From Candidatus Latescibacterota bacterium (GTDB lineage: Bacteria; Latescibacterota; UBA2968; UBA8231), in the NCBI GenBank assembly GCA_965243025.1, contig CBDETY010000003.1, positions 3,392,001 through 3,456,000 of the forward strand: a stretch of DNA of 64,000 nt, read 5' to 3'. The position numbers and the translations under genes were made by a program. Position 1 is the first letter of the stretch; every line of letters begins with the position of its first letter. Below the pieces are notes generated by a model, which was given only the letters and a program-made list of their open reading frames with translations, did not search any database and was not told the origin of the DNA. Positions 41,236 through 50,987 of the stretch are shown here, one piece after another.

Positions 41236-42151
41236 CTTTGGATAGAAACTCGGATGGATACGCCTGATGGATAGAAACTCGGATGGATACGCCTGAGCTC
41301 CCTGAGCTTCTTGCTGATGTCCTGGGAGCTCTGGAGTTCCTTCCGCGACCCCTGCCAGACTTGTTGGATACCAGCGAACCGAACACGATGAGTTCCAGCA
41401 GCATTCGGAGTTGAAGACAGATTGACTCCACCCGGGTCCGAATCGTGATTCCGGGCATCTCAATCAACTGATTGATGGCCTCAACCCTGGTTTTCACTTC
41501 CTCCATCAGGTCGCAGTACTGGGCAATGTCGAGGCTTTCAGCCAGTTTCATCTCCCACCCGCAGTTGAGGCACGCGATCTTCCAACCCCATTCAGCGATG
41601 CTGCTCCCTTCAAGCTCCAGCGCGTCGTCTCCACACTCTGGACAGGTGGAGTGCTCCCGCCCGTCTACTCCCTTGATCGGGCCATCCGGATGGAGGTCCG
41701 GGCTCATCATGGTATTGCCGAACTCGGGTATCTCCCCGCATTGTGGGCAAGGCTCGGACCGACGGATGCCATGCATCATGAACTCGAAGGCCGCTTCCTG
41801 GTGACCGTTCGGGCATTCTCCGGAAGGCGCACCCGAGGGCTCATCATCCACGTCCTCGACGAACAGACCCACGGCCTCACCGCAGGTCCCCAGTCCCAAA
41901 CACCTTTCGACATTCTCAATGCTCTCGCGAGTAAGGCGGAATGACCGGCTCGAAGGGTCTTCTGCCTCATACCCACCCTCTAGCCCTATGACCTCACCCA
42001 CTTTGGGTCTATCAGTGCCGCGGTTGGCTATCGACCAGCAGACCTGCCCATATAGGACAGCCTCACCTTCCCCCAAGAGTTTCTCCAGGGGCGGAGGCTG
42101 TGACGCCCTCTTTTGCCTGCGCTTCTTCTTATCCATGCCAATTCCTGACAT
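41207..42151 (-). pseudogene. Zn-ribbon hypothetical protein with frameshifted, truncated 3' end
   Basis: CPNGH, CPQCG, CPECG and CLNCG motifs; the likely true C-terminus (LRRIHPSFYP) lies in another frame; abuts the oriIS. Confidence 0.55.
41239..41296 (+). repeat. 29-bp perfect tandem duplication
   Basis: TGGATAGAAACTCGGATGGATACGCCTGA occurs twice in tandem. Confidence 0.9.
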
Positions 42152-42234
42152 GCCGGGCCCATTACTCCCCGAGACTTCTCATACCCGACACGTTTGATAA
42201 TGTTGTAGTGCAACAATTATACTAGTTCGATACC

Positions 42235-42420
42235 ATGCTTGAGAACTACATCGACGTCATAGAAGCCTCCAAGATCCTGGACGTCCACCCCGAGACGGTG
42301 AAGCGCCTGATACGAGAGGGCAAGCTCACCGCCACCAAGTTCGGGGAACAAGTGGATCATGGAACGGGACCGGCTCCAGGTGTTCGCCAACACCTACGAC
42401 GGGAGACGTGGGAGAACGAG
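42235..42420 (+). pseudogene. Excisionase-like HTH (HTH_17) protein, frameshifted and cut by IS3
   Basis: EASKILDVHPETVKRLIREGKL.ATKFG; removing one G at ~42345 gives NKWIMERDRL. Confidence 0.75.
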
Positions 42421-42425
42421 TGAGG

Positions 42426-43310
42426 TTACCCCGATTTCACGGACAGTTTTCCGTTTGGATTTATACCCCTTGATAAATGATACCTCTCGTAGTTGATGGG
42501 AGATCGTTGTCCCAGGGCCGAGTGCCGCCGATGGGGGTTGTACCAGCCTTCCAGGTATTCGAAAACCGTACGCTGGGCTTGCGACTGGGTAGCAAACCGA
42601 TGACGATCCAGCAGCTCCCTTTCCAAGGTGGCGAAAAAGCTTTCGCACAGAGCATTGTCGAAGCAGTCACCGACCGATCCCATCGACGGACGTACCCCGG
42701 CCTGGCGACAGCGCTTCCCGAAGGCCAGGGCCGTATACTGACTGCCGTGGTCGGAGTGGTGAATCACTTTCTTGGGACGGCGCCGGTGCAGGGCCATGTC
42801 AAGGGCGTCCAGCACCAACTGCGTACGCATATGGTTCGCCATGGCCCAGCCCACCACTCGGCGGCTCCAGGCGTCCATGACCACGCTCAGATACAAAAAC
42901 CCCGACCTCGTGGGAATGTAGGTGAGATCGGCAACCCACAGGCGATTCGGGCCGGAGACCGAAAACACCCGCTTGACCAGGTCGGAGGCGACCCGGCCCT
43001 GCCGGCCGCGACGGGTGGTGGAGAGGCGGCGGCGGGCGCATACCCCGCGCACCCCGAGCTCAAGCATCAATCGGGCGATGCGCTTGCGACCGATGGCTTG
43101 GCCCTCCTCGGCCAGTTCGGCCCGGATCCTCGGCGCTCCATAAGTGCCCCGGGAGTGTTGGTGGATCTGCTCGACACGTGCCTTGAGCACGGCATCGGCC
43201 CGGGCGCGACCCGAAGGCGGGCGTTTCAACCAGGCGTAGTAGCCGCTGGGGGAGACCTTCAGCACGCGGCACATCGTCAGCACCGGAAAGTCGGCCTGGT
43301 GCGCTCTCAT
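42426..43310 (-). CDS. IS3 transposase OrfB
   Basis: WVADLTY, HHSDHGSQY, DNALCESFF; ATGA overlap with orfA. Confidence 0.93.
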   Translation of the reverse strand: MRAHQADFPVLTMCRVLKVSPSGYYAWLKRPPSGRARADAVLKARVEQIHQHSRGTYGAPRIRAELAEEGQAIGRKRIARLMLELGVRGVCARRRLSTTRRGRQGRVASDLVKRVFSVSGPNRLWVADLTYIPTRSGFLYLSVVMDAWSRRVVGWAMANHMRTQLVLDALDMALHRRRPKKVIHHSDHGSQYTALAFGKRCRQAGVRPSMGSVGDCFDNALCESFFATLERELLDRHRFATQSQAQRTVFEYLEGWYNPHRRHSALGQRSPINYERYHLSRGINPNGKLSVKSG

Positions 43311-43621
43311 GAACTCGTAGACGGGCCGGACTCCGAGTCGGCCTCGCGAGCGAACCAGGCCGTGGCTTTTGCCAGGATCTCCCGTTCGATACGCAGTTGC
43401 TTGTTCTCACGGCGAAGGCGCCGCAATTCCTCCTGCTCCGGACGGGAGGGGCCGTCGCGGCGCACCCCCTCATCGCGTTCGGCCTGGATCACCCAGTTGC
43501 GGATCGTCTGCCCGGACGGCTCGAATTCCTTGGCCAGCGACTCCGGACTACGACCCGCCCGTACCAGTTCCACCATCTGTTGCCGGAATTCGGGCGGATA
43601 AGGGGAATGGGATTTCGGCAT
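43307..43621 (-). CDS. IS3 transposase OrfA
   Basis: YPPEFRQQMV, HTH, ELRRLRREN, ILAKATAWFA. Confidence 0.93.
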   Translation of the reverse strand: MPKSHSPYPPEFRQQMVELVRAGRSPESLAKEFEPSGQTIRNWVIQAERDEGVRRDGPSRPEQEELRRLRRENKQLRIEREILAKATAWFAREADSESGPSTSS

Positions 43622-43683
43622 GGTTGGACACCCTCCTTTCTTTCAAGAAATGAAGTGTCCACGAAATCGGGTCAACTCCAGAG

Positions 43684-44499
43684 AGCCTCGGATGTCCCTA
43701 CTGTCGCGCGGAAGGAGACCCGAGCAGCTTCTTCACCCAGGACCAGTTGGACTACGCAGTCTCTGTTGCCGCCAGGGACATCGTAGGGCCGATGATGCAG
43801 GGGTTCAAGAGAGACATCGAGCGCATGAACCGCCGCCAATCAGGGGGTCTGATTCAGCTGAAGTTCTCGGTGGACTACAAGCCCGCTTCGATACATCGGT
43901 ACGTGGAACGGCAGCTTGAAACCGAGGTCACCTGCGACAGCTGCTCCCTGGAATTCTCGGTGTACGGCGTCTTCGCATCGTGCCCATGCTGCGGTCAGCT
44001 GAACGCACTGAAGGTCGTGCTCAGCTCGCTTGAGACAGCAAAGAAGAAGCTGGCGCTATCGGAGGACCCTTCTCTCGATGAGGAGCTCAGGCAGGACTTC
44101 GTGAAGGACGCGCTTACCGGAAGCGTCTCTGCCTTCGACGCCTTCGGCAAAGCCCTGGCGAGCAATCATGCGACCCTGTTTCCCGCTAGCAGGCGAAACC
44201 TCTTCCAGGACATCGAGGCCCTGAGCGCCCACCTGCAAACCCTGGGCGGACCCACTCTTGAGGCGACCACAGGAGTTTCAGCGTGGGAAGACATCAAGTG
44301 GTTCTTCCAGGCGAGGCACATCTACGTTCACAACGCCGGCGTCGTCGATGATCGATTCATCGCCAGACAGCCGGCTCTGGCCCACATGAAGGGCAGGGTC
44401 CTGCCGCTGGACCCGGAGATGCTTGCCCAAAACATCGATGTGCTCGGTGGCGTCTGCCGCGGGCTGGACGACAGGTTCAACGCTGAGGGGCGGCGATAG
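43684..44499 (+). pseudogene. Zn-ribbon/HEPN-like protein, 5' end cut at the IS3 boundary
   Basis: Frame is open from the IS end: CPYC, CDSC, CPCCG, and an R-x4-H motif RHIYVH. Confidence 0.65.
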
Positions 44500-44574
44500 T
44501 GAGACGCGACAGTGCTGAGTAGCCCGTGTTCCTGAGTCCAACGCGAAAAGGACCGCAATGATTCCCACGCCTCC

Positions 44575-44865
44575 CAGGGTGGAACATCCTTTTGGCGTCA
44601 TCAAGCACCTGTGGGGGTATAGCAAAGTGCGCTATCGTGGTTTGGCGAAGAATGCGGCTCAGGTCTTTACCTTGTTTGCCTTGGCCAATTTTTACTTGGC
44701 GCGTAGAGAATGGGCTGCTCCGTAGGGATCCGTCCGTGTCGATGTGGAATCGGGACAAAAAAGGGTCGAAATGAAATGAAAAATGGAAGTGCATTTTCCG
44801 GTTGTAGGTACCAAAACTGACCGAATCTAAAATTTCATCGATAATCGCACTTGATCAGAGGTTCC
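44575..44865 (+). mobile_element. IS5-family 3' remnant
   Basis: RVEHPFGVIKHLWGYSKVRYRGLAKN...FALANF; right end TTGATCAGAGGTTCC. Confidence 0.85.
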
Positions 44866-44876
44866 TTGGGTGGGAG

Positions 44877-45800
44877 TTACTCGGACAAGCTGGCCTTGAT
44901 GCGGCCCCAAGTCTTTGCTCTCCGAGCTGTATCATCCATGCCCCGGGTTCGGTCCACCAAAACCCCATCTAGAAAAAAGTCTGCGTCCACAACAACGGTT
45001 TCAAGGGATCCAGCTGGGAAAAAGTACGTCCAGTTACTGAAATCCCCCTCTGGAGAGTCCCAATCTACCTCCGTGATCTCGAAATACAGGCCGATCACTT
45101 TACCTTCATTCCAAGAGGAAATATCACTCTCTTCGGCGCTGTTCCAGACAAAGCGGTCGAAAGGGGTCACGTACAGCTCAGTAACGGTACCCACCGGGTT
45201 GCCCTCGTAAACGGCACCGCCGGCATCGGCGTAAGGCGGGCTCACGAAATAGTGCCGGGTTGCCCCCCATGCAAGCATCCGGATAGGAGCGGCGCCGAAT
45301 ACTTCGGCCTGGGCCATATATTCCTGGGCGCCCTCGAACCAGGTACGAGGCCTGTCTTCAAAAGGCACACTGTAATCTATGAACATCCCTCCGCTGTGAT
45401 CGCCATCTATTGCTACATTCAAACTGCCGTCCCATGAGAAGTTTCCTTCGAATCCCCAGCCTTCAAAGGATGGATCGAAGTGGTTCACATACTCGTCGTC
45501 CAACCGTTCCATGGCAATGTACAGCTTGGTTGGTTGGGGCAACCAACCAAACCACAGGCGAAAGTCCACATCAGCGGGATTGTAGATGCCGCCTCCGGTG
45601 GTAACGAAATCCAAAGCCGTTGCCGACGGCGGTATTCCGGCGTCGAGCCAGTCCTCGATGGACCCGTCCGTGACGTCGATCGGGACCTGATCGGGAATTC
45701 GGTACACTGGAAAGACACGGTCCCCTACATGGGGCGAAGCCGGGACGATCATTCCGGGGACAATTGCCGTGAGCAATGCGGTCAAAGCAAGATGTCGCAT
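44877..45800 (-). CDS. Secreted acidic protein with C-terminal TWGRIKA motif
   Basis: Signal peptide; DGSIEDW, DGDHSGG, PPYAD and ELYVTPFD (DOMON/CBM9-like); ends KTWGRIKASLSE. Confidence 0.8.
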   Translation of the reverse strand: MRHLALTALLTAIVPGMIVPASPHVGDRVFPVYRIPDQVPIDVTDGSIEDWLDAGIPPSATALDFVTTGGGIYNPADVDFRLWFGWLPQPTKLYIAMERLDDEYVNHFDPSFEGWGFEGNFSWDGSLNVAIDGDHSGGMFIDYSVPFEDRPRTWFEGAQEYMAQAEVFGAAPIRMLAWGATRHYFVSPPYADAGGAVYEGNPVGTVTELYVTPFDRFVWNSAEESDISSWNEGKVIGLYFEITEVDWDSPEGDFSNWTYFFPAGSLETVVVDADFFLDGVLVDRTRGMDDTARRAKTWGRIKASLSE

Positions 45801-46067
45801 TTTTGTCCTTTTCCGTGAGAAAAGGGATAAGTATCGACCATATCCTCATAAACAGGAGAATACGGTCGATACCTGGTTAAAGGGGCAATTCCGCCTTCGG
45901 GAAGTTTTCCAGTTCCCTCAGTAGCAAACGCAAACACTTGAAGGAGCGCACTTACCGCGGCAGACCCCTCCGGAACCATCCTTGCACCACTTCATACAGT
46001 TCACAGAAGGGGCGGGACACGTTGGGCCGGGTCCAGGGCACGCCGCCACTTGAGGCGGGGACCCTAG

Positions 46068-47624
46068 CAGGCTGTTGAAAAAGTCCTATTTCCTAATAAA
46101 AACATAGCCTCAGACGATTGCCCGTCGTACCCGCCCTTTTCTAGATTTATGAAAGATCCAAGAAAAACGAGCCGATGCCCCAAGGAGGCCGGTGATGTCG
46201 ATGAGCAAACGTCGGAAAAGTCAGCAGCAGGAGATCTGGGTGCCGACCCATACCCTCCCCGAGACCCCGAGCCATCCGTTTTACACCCAACTCAACCGGC
46301 TGCTGGAAGAGCATGGGTTTGATTCCTTTGTAGAAGAGCAGTGCGCCCCGTATTACGCCCAGAGGTTGGGCCGTCCCAGTATTGCTCCCGGGGTGTATTT
46401 CCGCATGCTCATGATCGGCTATTTCGAAGGCCTGGGATCGGAGCGGGCCATTGCCTGGCGGGTCGCCGATTCGTTGGCTCTGCGTCGCTTTCTCGGCTAC
46501 GCCCTGACCGAGTCCACCCCGGATCATTCGAGCCTGTCGCGTATTCGTCAGCGCCTGCCCGAAGCGGTGCACGAAGCGGTCTTCGACTGGGTGCTGAAGG
46601 TGTTGTCCGACCGGGACCTGCTGCAGGGAAAGACGGTGGCGGTGGACGCCACCACGCTGGAGGCCAACGCGGCGATGCGCAGCATCGTGCGCCGGGATAC
46701 GGGCCAGGGCTACCGCGAGTATCTGGAAGGGTTGGCCCGGGCCGAAGGCATTCCGGAGCCGACCCGGCAGGAGGTGGCCCGGCTCGACCGCAAGCGGGCC
46801 AACAAGGCGTCCAACCGGGACTGGGCGCATCCCCATGATCGGGAGGCCCGCATAACCAGGATGAAAGACGGCCGCACGCATATGGCCCACAAGGCCGAAC
46901 ATACGGTCGATCTGGACACGCAGGCGCTGGTGGCCCTGCAGGTGTGCGGCGCCGATGAAGGGGATACCGCGTCGCTGCTGTGGAGTCTGGTGCAGGCGGA
47001 CCGCAGCCTGAAAGAGGTCGGTGTCGATGAGCAGATCAGGCTGAGCGAAGTGGTGGCGGACCGGGGGTATCACAGCAATGACACGATGAAGATGCTGAGG
47101 ACGGCGGAGATCCGCAGCTACGTGGCCGAACCGGATCGCGGTCGGCGCAACTGGAAGAAGGATGCGCCGGCCAAGACGGCGGTGTATGCGAATCGTCGGC
47201 GTATACGGGGAGACCGCGGCAAGAGGCTGCAGCGGCTTCGCGCCGAGCACGTGGAGCGCAGTTTCGCTCATACCTACGAAACGGGAGGCATGCGCCGCAC
47301 TCACCTGCGCGGCCACACCAACATCTACAAGCGTCTGTGTATTCATGGCGGCGCCTTCAATCTCGGGCTGGTGATGCGCAAGCTCACCGGAAAGGGAACG
47401 CCGAAAGGGTTGTATGGATTGGCATCGGTTTTCTCGACTTTTGCCGATCGCGCAAACGCTCTTTTGGGTCGAATTTTCGGTTATTTGCGATTGTTGAGCT
47501 GTCCTTTTCGGGACCATTTCTATAAATGGGAATGTTTAGCCTGATAACCGATTTTCTTGGGAAAGGAAATCATACATCCGCGACGTCCGGGGTTTCCGGA
47601 ATAACCCGGATTTTCAACGGCCTG
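46068..47624 (+). mobile_element. IS1182/IS5-like insertion sequence, copy B (1557 bp, inverted relative to A)
   Basis: Same length, IRs and protein as copy A; CTAG on both flanks. Confidence 0.92.
46192..47544 (+). CDS. DDE transposase (identical to 39248-40600)
   Basis: Identical 450-aa translation. Confidence 0.95.
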   Translation: MMSMSKRRKSQQQEIWVPTHTLPETPSHPFYTQLNRLLEEHGFDSFVEEQCAPYYAQRLGRPSIAPGVYFRMLMIGYFEGLGSERAIAWRVADSLALRRFLGYALTESTPDHSSLSRIRQRLPEAVHEAVFDWVLKVLSDRDLLQGKTVAVDATTLEANAAMRSIVRRDTGQGYREYLEGLARAEGIPEPTRQEVARLDRKRANKASNRDWAHPHDREARITRMKDGRTHMAHKAEHTVDLDTQALVALQVCGADEGDTASLLWSLVQADRSLKEVGVDEQIRLSEVVADRGYHSNDTMKMLRTAEIRSYVAEPDRGRRNWKKDAPAKTAVYANRRRIRGDRGKRLQRLRAEHVERSFAHTYETGGMRRTHLRGHTNIYKRLCIHGGAFNLGLVMRKLTGKGTPKGLYGLASVFSTFADRANALLGRIFGYLRLLSCPFRDHFYKWECLA

Positions 47625-47817
47625 CTAGGACAACCATAGCGGCCACGAGCAGGCCCCCGGTCCAGGCGACCGGGAACCCCTGTTTCGGGCTGACTTCACC
47701 GGACTCGCTGCGGGCGAACTCAGCGATGAACCCCCTCTCAAGGGCGGAACCGGCGACTCCGATGAGGTCGCTTGCTAACCCGGCGATCGGGTTGAGAAGC
47801 TTCAACATGACATCCTC

Positions 47818-48536
47818 GTGCCGCTACGTGGCCCGCCCGGCCCTGGCGGGAGGGCGTCTGCGCATTGTCAATGCCGACCCTCTTTCCTTCGCGCTCAAAA
47901 CGCCGTGGTCGGATGGGACCAGCCATCTCCTGCTGTCTCCGATGGAACTGCTGGAGAAGCTGGCGGCTCTGGTTCCCCCGCCCCGGTTTCATCTCCTGCG
48001 CTACCACGGGGTCCTGGCGCCCCGGGCCCGGGACCGCGACCGCATCGTGCCGGCCAAGCCGGTTGCCCAGCCGTCGGCTGCGGACGGCGATCCGAGACCC
48101 CAGCCCGGCGGCCATCGCCTGGGGTGGGCGACCCTGCTGGGGCGGGTGTTTTCTGCCGACCTCAGCCAATGCGCGGCCTGTGGCGGTCGCCTGAGAATCA
48201 TCGCCGCCCTGACCGATCCGACCTCGATCCGGAGCTATCTGGAGGGGGTAGGGCTGCCGGCAATGCCCCCGCCGAAGGCCCCGCCTGAGCCGCGGTTCGA
48301 GTTCGCCGCCTGACCTGCCTTCTCGACCCGTCGCCGTCGCCGGACGTACGGCGGGGTGTGCCCTGAACGGTCCCTCAGGCCCCGGATGGATCCGGATACG
48401 GAACGACAGGCTACCAAACTGTACTGCGAGCTCGGTCGAAGGACTGGCAAACGATCCTAAGGGGAGTTGCCGGACCCTTGCGGTGCGCTCAGCGCCTTGA
48501 CCTCGAGTTCAAAAAGGTGCCTCATTTTACCTATAC
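47818..48536 (+). mobile_element. IS91/ISCR 3' half: transposase C-terminus (to 48313) and oriIS
   Basis: CRYVARP...RL, LKTPWSDGT, LAALVPPPR.HLLRYHGVLAP, WA.LL.RVF..D...C..CGG; ends in TTTTACCTATAC, like ISCR oriIS. Confidence 0.88.
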
Positions 48537-48660
48537 TTTCAGGGAAGGGGGACCTGATCCGAAACGGGATTGGAGAAAAGTTTGGGTATATCAAAAAAGA
48601 GGGGAGATTCTCAGAGAGAAGGACATATCCATCCTTTTTTTCTGATTCTAAGTTGAAAAC

Positions 48661-49587
48661 TTAAAAGTAATTGAAAACAGAATTAAGGATTTGGGGTTTA
48701 AGCGAGGCCTTAATTCTGCCCCATGAGAGAGACTGTACGGAGCTTCCCGAAATTCCATCAGTGGGTACAAGCAGCCCATCACCGAAAAAATCTGGACCGA
48801 AGGGTTCTTCGGCAGGAAAGGAAAACCATGTATCAGTGTTTGAGTTCGGTGCAGTTGTCCCTGGGGAGTCGTCGTCTAGAATTCCTATTCTAAACCCTAT
48901 CAAATTACTGGGAGAAAGCAACGATTTTTTTGTTTCATCTTGGTTGGAAGGAATAAGTCGGTTAAATGGGGTAACATACATTTCCGTCACCCAAATTGTT
49001 GGATTCTCCCCCACTACGGATCCGGACCCGTCGGCATATGGAGGCTCCCCAAACCAACACAATCGTCTTCAAACGTCATGGTAGTCCAGCCAACCGAAAC
49101 GGGCGGCTCTTCCCGACTGCTATAGGGGTTTGCAGAAAAAAGCTGGTTTCCAACAAACAAGCTAGCAAGATCATCCTCATCTGGGCCGGGCGGTCCATAG
49201 ATCCCCCCGGAATGATCGGCATCTATCTCCAAATTTATTGCACCATCGAGGATAACCTCACCCTCGTCAGGCACGACGTGAACTTCATCAGCACCCTGAA
49301 CAGCGAGGTATACATGACTGGTTCGTCTGTGCCAAGCCAACCACAATCGAAAGTCAAAATCAGGAGGATCATATGCCTGCCCCAAAAAAATGGCAAAATC
49401 GAGCGCGGTTAAGGTAGGCTCTCCAACTACGTCCACCCAGTCTTCGATGGATCCATCATGGATATCAATCTTTTCGACCATTTCGTCAGTGAGTTCGATT
49501 ATGTACACAATGCGTGTGCCAATGTGCCCCCAAGATTTAGGTGCAGTTGCGAACATAAAGAAAAAAAACAATAAGCGGGATAACCAT
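48661..49587 (-). pseudogene. Paralog of the WGRIKA secreted protein, two frameshifts
   Basis: DGSIEDW, DADHSGG, PPYADG, EMYVTPF, SWGRIKASL; frameshifts in a T8 run (~49565) and at TGTGT (~49058). Confidence 0.8.
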
Positions 49588-49826
49588 TAAGGAAATGCGT
49601 AAACAAGGGGGTTTTTGATTCATTTTTTGCCTCCTTTTTTAGAATCCTCCTTCCACTAGCAGCTTCCTGCGCTGTAGGTGGTGCAACTGCCCCCACCACC
49701 GGACGGGTAGACACACCGCTTGGTAGATGCGTATGAGCAGGGTCCGAAGCCGCTGACGCATTAAGACGGCGCATAGGCTCGCACTCATGTATGTCGCTAT
49801 TTTGAAATTGAAGTTGAGGTCTAGGC

Positions 49827-50985
49827 TGTCCAGTTTCGGAATGGTGTTGACACATCAGACCTCCGTTGGCGGGGTTTTTTCATCGACTCCCCAGAAGAGA
49901 GTCGATGGAATGTGGCCGCGAGTTCGGTAGCCCTGATGAGGTCGCTCGTTGTTGTAGGAGTCAAGGAACCGCTGCAGGGACGCGTCCAGTTGCTGCGCGG
50001 TGGTGAAATACCTGCGGCGGAAGGGGACGCGCCAATGCTGGTGAAGGATCGTGCTCTGCAGGCGCTCGACGAAGCCGTTCGTCCAGGGGTGGTGCGGCTG
50101 GGTGCGCGTGTGTCTGATCCCGAGATCGTGACACGCCGCATCGAAACTGCCCTTGAATTCACGGCCTCGGTCCGTGAGGACCCGCTGGAGCGGCCATCCG
50201 GCGGCCTCGTAGAACGGCAGCAGGGAGTCGACGCGGAAGCGCACGGCATGGTCGCTGGTGCGGGCGGGGATGATACGGGCCACGGCATAGGAGACAGGCC
50301 GCATCGCCCACGGTGATCTGCCAGACCTTCCCGACGCCCTTGCGGCGGCCGATGTAGAAGGTGTCGAGACAGACGAGCTCTCCCGGCTCGCTGGCCTGCA
50401 CGTGTCGCCTTTGCCGACGAGCTCGCTGCCGCTGGGGCGAGTACGCTCGGTGAGAATTCCGCCGCGCTCGGCGCTGGGACGCTCGAGGAGAAGGAGCCGC
50501 TCATGCCGCGTACCCAGTCCGACGCGACGCAGAGCCCGGTAGATGGTGCTCGGAGACAGGGGACGCTGCTGCTGAGCCAACTGCAGGGCGTAGAACCCGG
50601 GCCCACACGTGGGATACGACAACGCCAGGGCAAGGATCGCTCGTTCGTCTTGGACCGACAGGCCGTGGGGACGACCTCTGCGCCCCGCGTAGCGCTTGGG
50701 ATGAAGCCCATCTCGACCGTACTCCATGTACCGATTTCGCCAGCGGTAAAACAGACAGCGGGAGATCCCCAATTCCCGGCAGGCTGCCGAGACATTGCCG
50801 AGCTCTTCGGCTCGTCGTAGCGCCAGGAGACGCGTTGCATGTACTTTGTCCTCGAGGGTCATCAGGCCACCTTTCCTGAGAGATGTTTCTTGGTCGGAAC
50901 ATTCTCAGAAAGGTACCCCTGGTGGCCTTCACTTGTTATAGGAACCCAATTCCCAAAAGTGTTAACACAATTACGACACAGTTCA
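49827..50985 (-). mobile_element. IS481-family element with damaged transposase (ORF 49855-50862)
   Basis: Imperfect 27-bp IRs; NVSAACR..GISR..FYRW, TDRGREF, PWTNGFVER, YN..RPH; the LVCLDTF segment lies in another frame. Confidence 0.85.
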
Positions 50986-50987
50986 GA

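Larger units (their letters stand above)
42421..43680 (-). mobile_element. IS3-family element (1260 bp)
   Basis: TG...CA ends; IRs TGAGGTTACCCCGATTTCACGGACA / TGGAGTTGACCCGATTTCGTGGACA; GAG on both flanks. Confidence 0.93.

Noticed and set aside
46000-47817. Structured region as group II intron, tRNA, SRP, RNase P or riboswitch
   Set aside because: No domain V, T-loop, SRP loop or riboswitch consensus recognisable; kept only as an unassigned structured element.
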